From assembly GCF_009914755.1 (NCBI RefSeq), contig NC_060947.1: a DNA stretch of 64,000 bases; one strand, written 5' to 3'. Shown piece by piece: positions 1 through 13,859 of the stretch. This DNA comes from the human T2T-CHM13v2.0 reference genome, Homo sapiens. The notes below the pieces were generated by a model. It saw nothing but the letters and a program-made list of their open reading frames with translations, was not told the origin of the DNA and did not search any database. The position numbers were made by a program, and so were the translations under genes. Each line of letters opens with the position of its first letter. Within the stretch, counting starts at the first letter, position 1.

Positions 1-445
1 GGTCCTTTTCACTTATTTTATGTGATGTCAAAACATCCAGATACTTAGGACATCTGTATGGTTGGCATCAAATAGTAAAACATATGCATGGTTAACAGAA
101 TTTCCTTACTTTTCGTCTGAATGCTTTGGCATTGGTAAAATAGCTCAACTCTCTCAAAACCATACTATTTCTTTGGTGTAGGTTATAGTATTTTTTTCTT
201 TGATTGAATAAAGAGCTTCAATTAAGAAAACTGACTAAAACCTATTTTAAGGCACATCTATTCAATAAAAAACACAACAGAAGTCAATTTTTTTGCAAAT
301 TGCATCAGTCAGATCTAAGTAATGGATATAGTTGTGTGTGTGTGCACGTGCGAATATTCTCTTCCTATTGATTGAAACTTTTGGCACTCATTTCTATGAA
401 GCCCTATGCACATTTTGTGATATTTTCTTTTATTGCAATGCTCAG

Positions 446-508
446 ATGGATCATGCATCAGCCATCAACAATCTGTTTATGAAAGAGGAAACACTCTGGG
501 AATTGTCA
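446..508 (+). other. Candidate internal (penultimate) exon, 63 nt, of an unidentified gene
   Basis: Pyrimidine tract tattttctttt...ctcAG ends at 445 and donor TCA|GTAAGA starts at 509. The length is a multiple of 3 and two frames are open (MDHASAINNLFMKEETLWELS or DGSCISHQQSVYERGNTLGIV). Confidence 0.5.
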
Positions 509-1065
509 GTAAGATCGTCTTCATATCAGTGCATACTAATGAACATTTGCTTTTCAATAAAACTGCTGGGCTCTGCAAAAGTAGATACTTGATAATATAT
601 TTATTTTTCATTTTAAAAAGAATTTGTATTTGCAGGAAATGGTAGAGGGACTAGATAATCATATTTTATACTACTCTGGGTAAATATTTAGAGAGAAAAA
701 AGCACATAAAAATAAAAGAAAGAATGCACATCAAGAATATACCTTAATAATACATAAAATATTATGATATATTGGAAAAGTAAAATGTTAACAACTTTTC
801 ATGTTGCAGAACATAAAATTCTTTAGTAACTATATTTATTCAAAACCGAATTTTCCTTAAGACTACTTAAACTTACACATCGCTATACTTTGATTAAAGT
901 GTTTCTAGCATTACAATTCTTTGAGAAAATTTATAAGATGTGCTTACAATGCTGAAAGTATAACAAGTATTTATCATTGATTTCTACTTTGGCTCATATT
1001 AATGAGGGAGATTTTAAACCAAAGCTACTGTGCTTGAAATCTCTATCATAAGGGGAAGTAAATAA

Positions 1066-1093
1066 GTGTGTGTGTGTGTGTGTGTGTGTGTGT
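1066..1093. repeat. (GT)14 microsatellite
   Basis: Pure GT dinucleotide run. Confidence 0.95.
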
Positions 1094-1525
1094 ACATCAA
1101 ATTTGTTTGTTCATTCTTTCTCAAACCTCCTTTGTAAGTGCTGACTGTTGGTCCAAGTTGGAGTTAATCTACAACAAGCTCTGTGGAGCCATATAATTTG
1201 TGTTCGTTTTGACAAGTCAAATACTGACAGATTACATATAATTACATATAATGCAGAATGAAACAGTGATCAAGTTGTGCATCTAGTTCCCATCTTTGGT
1301 CACGTTGGAGATATATAGACATAAATATCTCATAGACTTTCTAACATGGTTGTTCCATAGTCTAAACCATAAAAATAAAATAATGTAGTTCCCTCCAAAG
1401 TATAACTTTCTTGTTACTCTGCTTCGTAAGTCTTCACCAGTGATCAAAACCAGTATCAATACATTTCTCTTTTTTTTCCCAAGTAGAATTTAATTCGTAT
1501 TTTTAATTTGTTTTTTCTGTTGCAG

Positions 1526-1578
1526 GTTTACAATAATGACTGATTTTTTAAAAATAAAACTTGATTGTTTTTAAATCA
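1526..1578 (+). other. Candidate 3'-terminal exon
   Basis: Strong acceptor ttttaatttgttttttctgttgcAG|G. Stops follow quickly (GTT TAC AAT AAT GAC TGA, or GT TTA CAA TAA), and AATAAA lies 27 nt into the exon. Confidence 0.55.
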
Positions 1579-1610
1579 CTGTTGTTGAGTGTGTGTCTGG
1601 TTTCTGGATC
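1553..1610 (+). terminator. Polyadenylation signal with cleavage site and GU-rich downstream element
   Basis: AATAAA at 1553-1558, CA at 1577-1578, then ctgttgttgagtgtgtgtctggtttctgg. This is the canonical metazoan arrangement. Confidence 0.55.
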
Positions 1611-2174
1611 TTTGTAACACTCTTCTATTTATACCCAAGAGTGAAATTAATACTGCAGGCATGAAAGCTGTATTATGAAAGAAAATAATTTCTTGTTTAC
1701 CTTTAAAATATCTTAACTTCTAACTTTTTAAATTTTTTAAAATTTTGAACCTCAACCTCAATATCTATCTGAGACTGACTTTGGATATTGGTTTTGCTAA
1801 TCTTATATTTCCTGGTTTTCTGACCTTAGACTGGTTTTTGGGCATGGTATTCTGTCTTTCTTGTATCTTATGCCACAGTTCTCTACCTTATCAGTTTTTA
1901 TCCCAGGTTCTGTCATTTTTTTAAGACCTACTGCTTGTATAACTACTGATATTAGGTGAAAATGCATTCTGTTCTCATGTACATTTTCTAAATATGCCAC
2001 AGGATAACACTGATTATTTATGTGAATCGTTACTATCAAATTTTTAGATAAACAAACTTATTAGAATCCCATCTCCCACTTCTACAATTGATTTCTATTT
2101 ATGTGCTTAGTATAATATGAGACAATTTTTAAAACTTAAACATCCAAGTTTTCTGCAACTGATGACAGTATGTT

Positions 2175-2430
2175 TCTTTTTTTAACATTGTGAAATAACA
2201 CAGTCAAGCTAATTAACATATCCATCACTTCACATAGTTATCTTTGTGTGTGTGTGTGTGTGCATGTGCACACATGCACAGACATGCTGAGAACACTTAG
2301 GATTTATTCTTTCAGCAAATTTCAAGTATAGAATACAGTATTGTTACATGTAGACAGCATGCAATACATTAGATCTCCAGGACTTACTCATCTTGAAAAA
2401 CTGAAACTTTGTACCCTTTGACTAACATTT
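2175..2430 (-). mobile_element. L1MA-type 3' UTR fragment
   Basis: aagctaattaacatatccatcacttcacatagtta ... ctgaaactttgtaccctttgac is an antisense L1MA 3' end motif. Confidence 0.75.
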
Positions 2431-2579
2431 TCTTCTTTTAGTTCTTCTATTTTTTTCCTATGGAGGAAAAATAATCTATTTAGCTTCTGTAAAGAAGTTA
2501 TTAAAATTTTTTGTTTCTATTTCTTCTAAAGAATAATTTATATATAAAAAAAGAATTTAAGTGTTTATTTAAATTAATT

Positions 2580-2788
2580 GTTACAGTTTTATACACCCAT
2601 ATAACTACTACTCAGAACAAGATTATCCCCAGAAAGTTCTCACATGCCTCCTTCTAGTCATTATCCCCAACTCTATTGAAGGCAATTATTTCCTAATTTC
2701 TATCACGATAGTTTTGCCTGTGCATGACCTTCATATAAAAAGAATCACACAGTATGAATTTCTTTGTGTTTGACTTCTTCTACTTGGT
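2580..2788 (-). mobile_element. Old L1 (L1ME/L1MD) 3' fragment
   Basis: ccccagaaagttctc ... tagttttgcctg ... cttcatataaaaagaatcacacagtatg motifs. Confidence 0.6.
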
Positions 2789-4638
2789 AATTTTTTTTAC
2801 TGTGGTAAAAATATATGAGATCTACCTTCTGAACAAATTTTAAGTGTACAATACAGGATTGTTAACTATATGCAGTGTTGTATAACACATGACAAGAACT
2901 TCTTTATCTTGCATATACCCATTGAACAGAAACTCACCATTTCTACATTCCCTCCCACCTCCCAGTCCCTGGCAACCACTTTTCTGTTTTCTGTTTCTAT
3001 TAGTCTGGCTACATTAGATACCTCATATTGGTGGAATCATGCAGGGTTTGTTCTTCTGTGATTGGCTTATCTCACTTTCCCTGATGTCTCCGAAGTTCAT
3101 CCATGTTGCTGAATATGGTAGACTTTCCTTCTTTCTAAAGGCTGAATAATATTTCATTGTATTTTTCTTTATAGATTCATCCAGAGATTAACGCATAGGT
3201 TATTTCTACCTCTTGGCTATTGAGAATAATGCTGTAACTAACACGGGAGTGCAAATATTTCTTTAAGATCCTGTTTCAATTCTTTTGTATAAATATCCAG
3301 AAGTGGGATTTTTGGATCATATGGTAGTTCTAGCTTTAATTTTTTGAGGAAACTTTACACTGTTTTCTATAGCAGTTTTATCATTTACATTCCCAGCAAC
3401 AATGTACAATGATTTTGATTTATCCATATCCTCACCAATGCATGTTATTTTCTGGTTTTGTTTATTCATAATGGCCATTCTAACAGGTATGAGGTGATAA
3501 CTTTTTGTGGTTTTAATAAGTATTTACTTTATGCATAGGGTTGTTGAATATCTTTTCGTATACCTATTGGTCATTTGCATGTCTTATTTGGAGAAATATC
3601 TATTCGAGGCCCTTGCCCATTTTTAATCAGGTTAGTTGGTTTGTTTGCTATTGAGTTGTAGAAATTAATTATATGATATTAACCTTCATCAGATATATTA
3701 TTTGCAAATATTTTCTCTCATTCTGTAGGCTGTCTTTGCAGTCTGTGGCTTGTTTCCTTTACTGTGCTGAAACTTTAATTTGATGTAGTCCCACTTTTCT
3801 AATTTTGCTTTTGTTGCTTGTGCTTTTTATGTAATATCCAAGAAATTTCCAAAACCAATGTCATGGAACTTTCTCCCTATGCTTTCTTGTGGATTTATAG
3901 TTTCAGGTCCTACATTTAAGTCTTTAATAAATTTTAGGTTGATTTTTGTGTATCTTGTAAGATATGGGCCAATTTCATATTTTGCAGGTGGATATCCAGT
4001 TTTCTCAACATTTGTAGAAGAGGCAATCCTTTCCACACTGTTTAAATTGGCACCCCTGTTGAAGGTCACTTGACTGTATGTGAATGATTTTATCTCTGGG
4101 TTCTCTATCAGTTCTGCTGGGCTGTATGTCTGTCTTTATGCCAGCTTTGTTTTTCTTTCTCAAAAATACTTTGGCTATGCTGGGTTATTTGTGGTTCTAT
4201 ATAAATTTTGCATTTTTTTAATTTCTGCAAAAAAAAATTTCAACAGAATTTATTGAATCTTAGATTGCTTTGAGTAGTGTGAACATTTTAACAGTAATGC
4301 ATCTTTCAGTTAATAAACACGGGATGGCTTTCCATTTATTTCCATCTTTAATTTCTTTCAGCAATGTTTTAAAGGTTTTGGTGTATTTTTTTGCCTTCTT
4401 GGATAAGTTTATTTTTAAGTATTCTATTATTTTTATGTTATTGTAAGTAAGATTGTTTTCTTAATTTCCCCTTCAGATTGTTCATTATTAGTGTATAGAA
4501 ACACAACTGATTTTTGTCTGTTAATTTTGTATCCTGCAATTTGCTAATTGTTTTTATTAGTTCTAATAGATTTTTGGTGGAATCTTTAGTGTTCTCTACA
4601 TATAAGATGATGTCCTCTGTGAACAGAAATCATTTTAG
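2789..4638 (-). mobile_element. L1MA (L1MA7-9-like) 3' UTR plus 3' part of ORF2
   Basis: Antisense L1 3' end (gagatctaccttctgaacaaattttaagtgtacaatac) continues into degenerate ORF2 sequence. Confidence 0.85.
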
Positions 4639-5164
4639 CTCACAAACCCTCATTGACAATGCACTTGGTCACCCAAAAGCTCTGATGGAGATGTACAAGG
4701 TTAATGTTGTTTTCATGTCTGCAAATACAACATCCATTCTGCTGCCTTGGATGAAGTAATAATTTTTACGTTCAAGTCTTATTATTTTTTTTTTAAGAAA
4801 TACATTGCATAAGGCTATAGCTGCCACAGATTGTGATTCTTCTGTTGAATCTTGGCAAAGTATAGAAAAAATTCACCATTTTAGATGCCATTAGGAACAT
4901 CTATGATTCATGGGAGGAAGTCAAAATATCAACATTAACAAGAGTTTGGAAGGGTTAAATTCAACATAACCCTTCTAAACTTTACTTTGAGGGTTTGAAA
5001 ACTTCAGTGGAGAAAGTCACTACAGATGTTGTGGAAATAGCAAGAGGAATAGAATTAGAAGTGGAGCTTGAATATGTGATTGAATTGTGGCAATCTCATG
5101 ATAAAACTTGGATGGATAAAACTTGGATAAAGTGCTTTATGGATGAAGAAATAAAGTTCTTTTT

Positions 5165-6072
<908 letters not shown>

Positions 6073-6724
6073 AACAAGAAGAATGGGTTTTTTTGAGATG
6101 GAATTTGCTCCTGGTAAAGATGTTATGAACTTTGTTGAAATAACAACAAATCATTTAGAATATGACATACACTTAGTTGATTGAACGGTGGCAGGGTTTG
6201 AGACGATTGACTCCAATTTTAAAAGAAATTCTACTGTGGGTAAATGCTATCAAATGGCACTACATGCTATAAAGAAATCTTTTGTGAAAGAAAGAGTGAA
6301 ATGATGAAGCAAACTTCATTATAATCTTATTTTAAGAAATTGCCACAGGCCTCCCCAGCCTTCAGCATCTACCACTCTGAGCATTCCACAGTCATCAACA
6401 TTAAGGCAAGACCCTCCATGAACAAAAAGTTTATGACTCACTGAAGGTTGAGATGATCATTAGCATTTTTTAGCAATAAAGTATTTTTAATTAAGGTATG
6501 CATGTATTTTTTTAGACATAATGTTAGTGCACACTTAATAGACTCTGGTATAGTGTAAACAAATTTTATGCACACTGGGAAAACAAAAAATTAGTGTGAC
6601 TTGCTTTATTGTGACACTTGCTTTATTGCAGTGGTGTAGAACTTAACCCATAATGTCTCTGAGATATGCCTGTAGCATATATTCCACAAATACTAATTTC
6701 TATTTGTTTATTTATAGTTATTTT

Positions 6725-7020
6725 CATTTTTTATTTATTTTTAGAGACAGAGTCTTTTTCTGTCACCCAGGCTGGGGTGCAGTGGCATGATCTCGGCTCA
6801 CTGCAACCTCTGTCTCCTGGGTTCAAGCGATTCCCTCGTGCCTCAGCCTCTAAGGTAGCTGTAACTACAGGCACACACCACCACGCTCTGCTAATTTTTT
6901 GTAGAGATGGGGGTTTCACCCTGTTACCCAAGCTGGTCTTGAACTCCTGACCTCAGGCAATCCGACCGCCTCACCCTCTCAAAGTTCCAGGATTACAGGC
7001 ATGAACCACCACGCATGGCC
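6725..7020 (-). mobile_element. Alu (older S/J-type)
   Basis: Antisense Alu dimer from the ttatttatttttagagacag tail to ...gcatggcc. Confidence 0.93.
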
Positions 7021-9059
7021 AATTTATTTATACTTATTTATTCAATCTATAGGTTTTCCCTTGGTATTAAATAATGATTGTAACCTTAAAACCATTTTAA
7101 TTAATATGATGTCCACTTCTTTCTCAAACAGTTAATTCTTAATACTACATTATTAAGCAGAAGAATAATTGAATAGGTTTACTTTGCCTAATGGAACTGG
7201 AACTGGAATTTTAATTAAAGGAACATTAGTCAACTTTCAGTCCAGAAGTAGCAAACAATCTTTTGTAAAGAACAGAAAGATCTTTTCAATTTAGTTTGCT
7301 TTTACTTTCAAATTGACTCCATAATAATTTTTTTCATATGCAATGTTGATGTCCTTGAATCAAATGAAAAACTGATGATTTTTTTCCACAAAATAGGGAA
7401 ATAAGTATTTATATTAATTAGGATTATGCACAATAAGTAATCAGGTGACTTCAGGATCTCAAGTGTTACATAAAGAATCCAGTTTAGAACTACAATATGA
7501 TAGAATTTCTAACTATAATATTAATTTTCAAGTTAAGCAGAAAGAAGAGGTCACAGAGATTTTTTTTTCCAAAAAGAGATGAATAACGAAAGAAGGAACC
7601 TCTATTAAAACTTGACTTTAAAATGTTTGAAGCCCACCTAAAATGAAGTAGACTTCACTGGGAACGTGTTTTTGTTTTAATTATAGTAATATTTTTCTAC
7701 TTTACACACATCTATATAAAATTTTCCTGCATCAAATAAATGTTAAGACGGATAGGATAGCAATATCCAAAGCAATAGTTGAACTCTAGAAAATATTCTG
7801 CTCTACGGAGTTACATATATTTAGGTCGAACACATAGTGTATATTGCAATTAGTTCTACAGTAGCAATTAATAAGTTATTTTTGGGCTCTTCTGATACTC
7901 AGTTTTTACCACAGGAAAGCATGTTGCGGTTCTCTGCTAGTTTATTGCAACTTTTTTAATCTTTCTTTTTCTTGAATGGAAATTACGTTCAAGAAGATAA
8001 GCCATGCTAAATATACCGTTGTGATATATTTTCAGTGCACATTCTAGCAATTTACCATGAGATCCTAAAGAAGCAGGTTCCTGATTTGTGACAAAAATGT
8101 AAGTGAGCTGATCCTCTAAAGCATTTGGGGGTAAACTTTTTCTTTTCCTACTGTTTTGTTCTATATGTGAGTATGTGGTTGTATTTACCTAAACAATTTG
8201 CCATAGCTATGGTAATTAACCAATTTTGATTGAAAATGTTCTCTTAGAGATGATTAAAGGTTTCTATACTTCATAGGCTTATAATTTATATTTTAATTTT
8301 GAGGGACTATCAAGCTACTTGGTTTCTCAGAATAGATTTTTGTGAAACATGATGATTTTCGTTCTTTGGCCCAAACTACAAAAAAAAAAAAAGTTTTTTT
8401 CTTTTTTTTACGCATGAAAACAAATGCAATTATGCAATTCCTCAAACTTCTGAACATGGCTCCTGAATGATAGTATTATGTTTTAGTTGGGTGGATTATG
8501 TTAAAAGGTAGCTATAGCAAAAATAAAAATTATTTGTGTAGAAATGGCCTGATATTGCAAATATCTGACAGTGCCCACCCTATGTAAATTAATGATGTTC
8601 ATCAAATAGGTTTTTATTTGAGAAGTTTTCCAAAATTTGTCTCATGAAGGAAAAAATTCTAAAGCTTCTAATTTTCAGAACAAAGTAGGAAAAAAGACAG
8701 TGTTAATTTTGCATTTATCAAATACCTGATAAAAGACAGATGCATTTTAGGTTACTTTTACTTAGGGATTGCAAGAAATGAAAGAAAAACTTTTTCTCAC
8801 TAAACTTTTATTGTTTAGTAGGAAAAATGAGGTATATATAAGTAATTAAAGGAATAATTTAGGACAGAGTGTTACAAGTGCTATAAAACATGTATATCAT
8901 AACTAGGAAGAAGAAAGTACATTTGGAAGAGAGAGGTCAGGAAAAGCTCTACAGTGGAGATTACACTTCAAGTGGGTTTTAAAAAGGAAGTAGAGTTTCG
9001 AAAAAATAGCATTGTCTCTAAGTATCAGTCTTGAACAGTCGGGATATTCTTTTTTCTTT

Positions 9060-9470
9060 TTTAATGATAAAAACCCAACAAAAACCTAGGACACCAAATA
9101 ATTTATTTGCTTTTATGACTATAAGATTTATGACTATTTACCTAGCTTCAGACATTGCTGGAATTTAAGGGATCAGAAGATGTCATTAAGCCATCTCAAT
9201 TTTTTTCCCCTGCATTTCTTTATGTAACCATCATTTTCAGGCAAGTGGCTCAGGGAGCTTTAGATTTACATCACAACAGCTTTCTACCTCCAGAAGAAAG
9301 GGAGGATAAAACTTTAAACAGTCTCAGTATAAGTAGCAGGATGAAATTCCATTGGTCTGGATTAGATCATGTGCACATAAATAAACAAACCACTATGGCC
9401 AGAGGGGTGCAATGCTCTGATTAGCTACACCTGTGTTATATGCTACGCCTTGGGACTGAAAGTAGATGTG
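9060..9470. mobile_element. Ancient MaLR/ERVL LTR relic (MLT1K/L or LTR33-like)
   Basis: cattggtctggattagatcatgtgc ... cactatggccagagggg ... gctctgattagc motif. Confidence 0.45.
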
Positions 9471-9559
9471 GAAACATTATCAGTTAAACCATACTGAAAA
9501 TCCATTACTAGAAGAAAGAGGACTGAAAACATAATAGAGAAATAAAAGTCAGTACATAG

Positions 9560-9712
9560 TGGGACATTGGACAAGTTATGTAACACTTCTGAACTCTAGT
9601 TTTCTTATCTGCAAAAGGAAATGATAAAATTAACTTCATGAAGTTATTATTAGAATGAAATTTGATGTTGTGTATAAAGTTTGTAGCACTTAGTATGTTG
9701 TGATAGATGTTA
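9560..9712 (+). mobile_element. MIR SINE
   Basis: Core ttggacaagttatgtaacacttctgaactctagttttcttatctgcaaaagg. Confidence 0.7.
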
Positions 9713-10649
9713 GTCTCTTTCCCCCTTCAGCATTCTAGGATTCTGGTTTGGTCTAATATTAACGTGGGCAAATGCACACACAAAGACCTACACCTGTAAA
9801 TACAAAAACATAACAATACACATAGAGATCTCTCTGGATGATGTGGTGGTACATGGAGGTAGTGCTATAATAGATGGCTAAGAAGTTTTATCTCAGGCAA
9901 TTATATGAGCAATTTCCTTTATACTCAATCAAATTGAGGCAAAATGGATAGTCTCAGTCTCAAAAATCTCAGCTTTAGGAACTGCTACTGGTTTAATGCC
10001 AAAAAACTTACAAAACTGTTAGCAATTCTCAAGTTACTCTTAAAATTGAAATTGATTCCATAAAAATAGTTTCATCTGCTATGATTAGGGACAATACTAT
10101 TTTAACCTATAATATAGAAACCATGGAAAGGCATATTAAGCCTGAGAATCTCTGTACATTAGGTGCTAAAAAGAGGAGAATGCATACTGAATCTTCATTT
10201 AGGAGGGTATAATCAAAATTGAATGGATACTAGACAGAGTAGAAATATCTATTCCTGTTTCCTACTGGGATCTGTTGAGGTAAGACCAATGCATTTCTAC
10301 ATTTAATGTAGCAGGGCATGTAGTTAAGAAACTTATAAATGGAAAGTGGCCTCACAAATTACACTGAAACAACAGCAAATTATTCAAATCCTATCAGAAT
10401 TTGAGTAGAAATTTTTCACAAAATCTTATATGTCAGGCACAGATGCATTCCAAAGCATGATTAGGAACAATATTGGAACCAATGATCTTCGGTGACCTAT
10501 CACACTGTGTATCACACTGTACAGGTAGCTTTTGATTGTGCTTCTGTTTAGGACATGTCTCATTAGTGAATCCCCAGGACTGCCAACTAAACAGGCAGCC
10601 AGGTACAGAGAAACAGGTATTTTAATGTAAAATCTGCTCAATCAAGCAC

Positions 10650-10990
10650 AAAACATAAATGAGGAAAAACAGTCAAAATAGCATATAAAGAAATGACAAT
10701 AATAAAAAGATTACAAAAATAAGTCATCAGTAAATATATCACTGATTATGATAAATATGAATTGGTTAATGTCACATGTTAAAAGACAGACACTTTCTAG
10801 TCGGTATAAAACAAACAACAACCAGTAACATGCTGTTTACAAGTAACATACTTAAAATAGGATGGTTGAAAATAACAGCATAAAAAATACCTGGCAGGCA
10901 AATCTTAACAAAAGGAAAGCAAGTATACTAATATTAATAAGAAACAAAACAATTCACAGTAAAATAATTCAGAGTAATTAAGTGCAGTAA
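10650..10990 (+). mobile_element. Old L1 ORF2 endonuclease-region relic
   Basis: aaatatgaattggttaat...gttaaaagacaga...tgctgtttacaag resembles the start of ORF2. Confidence 0.6.
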
Positions 10991-11009
10991 GCTATAAAAC
11001 ATTTACAAG

Positions 11010-12000
11010 ATCTTATGAGTCCATACCAATTAATAACTAACCAATTAAACAAATAAACAACCAGATAAGGAGAGCAAGGGTTCTTCTTACAGCAGAATGG
11101 CAAGAGCTGGTAAATGTGGAGGGAGTACTGGAAAAACACTATTTCTCAACCATTAGAGTAAATATTGGAGCAGATAAGACTCATCAAATAATGCTAAATT
11201 CAGGAAAAAAAGTTCATGGTGAGCAGGATATTTCTGTGGTCTTAAAGTCTCTGTCCACAGACTTATTAATTAAGGAAAACATAGTAACTATACAATGGAG
11301 AAATTGAGCAATATTTTGACTGGGTGATGAAAATTAATATCAAAATTACATCACCAGTGAGGGGTAGATCAACACTGTATGCATCCAGATGTGATCCCTG
11401 GCTAGTACATAGCATCAACTATGTGGTGTTTTGGTTGAGAATGCGTAACTGGAATTGAATCATTAGCAAACATCAGACAAACTCAACATGGGCATCATTC
11501 TATTAAAACAAACAGTAAAAACAAAAAAACAACAGGTAGAGTGAGTGGGGACTGTATTCCTCAAAAATGTTGATGTCAGAAAAAAGTAAGAAAACATCTT
11601 CCAGATTAAAGAAAACCAAAGAGACATAGCAGCTAAATGTAAGACCTAACCCTAGACCGGTACCTTATTGGGTCAATTGACAAAACTGGATACGAATGTT
11701 AAACTGAATGAGTATATCAATGTTAAATGTGCTGAGTTGATAATTGTGCTGTTGTTATGTCAAGGACCAGGATATATGTAAGTTATCCTAAAATGATTTC
11801 AAAAAGAAACACACAAACACATGTGTGTTGTGTGTGTATGTGTATAAAGAGAGACGGTATAAAAGCACATGGTAAAATATTACCAATGTTGACAATAGAT
11901 GAATTTTGGTAAAGAATATATGGATGTTTATGAATTATTCTTATTCTTGCAAGATATGTGTAAAGTTGAACTTATTTTCTTAAAAATTTTTAAAATTAAA
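11010..12000 (+). mobile_element. L1MC4-like 3' UTR
   Basis: gagtccatac ... ttcttacagcagaat ... atcagacaaactcaa ... ttattcttgcaa motifs. Confidence 0.7.
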
Positions 12001-12989
12001 AAGTGATACAGAACAAGGTTATACGTGTAAAAGACAATGCAAGACAAAGATACAAAACACATGAAACTTCATGTAACTTATGAAATAATATTGAGATATG
12101 AAATTACTACTATTTTCAGGTCAAAAAGAATTATTGACATGAAATTATTGTAAATGTTATATTGTTCAACTTAATGCATTAAGAGAGAAACATGTATTTT
12201 CTATTCTTATTTCCACATTAGCGACTTTTGCTAGATACAGACTTCTGGCAGATTGCTTACTTTTTTCCACAGAAAGTGGAATAAAGAGAGTTTGGAATAA
12301 TAATCATCATGCTTAGTCTCTCTGTCTGTCTCTGTCCCTTTCTCTTGTCTTTGTGAGCTATATTTTCTTTATACAAACACAAGTGTTCTAATCCGTCCTG
12401 ATGCATAGTGGGGATTCGCCCTTGCCAGTGTGACATGCAGTTGTCAAGCTGCGCCTGAGACTGGCTGGATAAATGTGTCTAAAGCAGAGACAAGGTATTA
12501 CAAAAATCACTTGGCTGAGGGTCTAAAGCCTCATTCTCCTATCAGTTCTTACAGTAATAATCATTTCGATCTTCATGTTAATGACTTGTGACTATCTCTT
12601 AATTGGTTCTAAACTCAGGCAGGAAAGGTGGGGTTTTGTTTGTTTATTCCCTGAAATACCAAATATATAACACAGCATATGAAACAAAAGCTTCAGAAGA
12701 AATGGATCCATACAGAGTTATAGTTGGATCTATTAACCTTTGTTCAGACAGCAACTGCCAAGTAGGCAAAGAAAAATGAAATGTATAGTGTTTGAATTAA
12801 ATAACCAATAAACTTTAAATTTAATTGGACAATTTATTTTCTTTTCAAACAAAATGGAACACTTTTTAAAAAATAATCATCTGCTAAACTTTTCTTAACA
12901 TTATGAAATTGAAGAGGTATGGGCATTTCCTCTCTCTAATCCTTTGTAATTACCACATATTAGGTGAAGCTGATTACATGCTTCTTCCC

Positions 12990-13300
12990 CAAGTTTGACA
13001 ATATGGAGAAAGTGAATAAAAGGTGCTGGGAGAGTTGTAGATTGTGTAAAGCCACTTTACTGGAGTTTAGAATCCAGAGATGGTGGTGGGGAGTGTTGAA
13101 TTGTGGCAGACCCAGGGACGTGATTGAAAGTGCCCAAGTGTTTCCAGCTGCTTCCTGTTGTTCTTGTCTGTTGTCTAAGCATTGCTCTCTAGTCTTCCCA
13201 CCGTATAGGCTCCATGATATCCTCATGATCAATTAATTTTCTTCTTAAATAAGGCAGAATTGATTTTTGGTTTTACCAACTAAAAGCTTGCTTGGTATAC
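12990..13300 (+). mobile_element. Ancient ERVL-type LTR fragment (LTR16/LTR33-like)
   Basis: The 3' end ttaattttcttcttaaataaggcagaattgatttttggttttaccaactaaaagcttgcttggtatac resembles the ERVL LTR terminus. Confidence 0.45.
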
Positions 13301-13469
13301 CATTAAATGGCAAATAAAAAGATATGAAGATAACCAGATCACCCTACAACAATAATGTGAGAGATAGTGCAATAAAACTCTAGGGAAAATTGAGTTGTAA
13401 GGATGGATGGAAACAGTCTAAATAAATGTATGCAGCTCAAACCTAAAGGTGATTTAAAAGAATAATGTA

Positions 13470-13808
<339 letters not shown>

Positions 13809-13859
13809 TCATAGAATCCTGTGTTTCCTATATATTTTGATATGAGCTACTGAAGCAAT

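Noticed and set aside
332-645. Unspliced ORFs 332-592 and 433-645 as standalone genes
   Set aside because: They are short with alternative start codons. Only the 446-508 part is bounded by splice signals.
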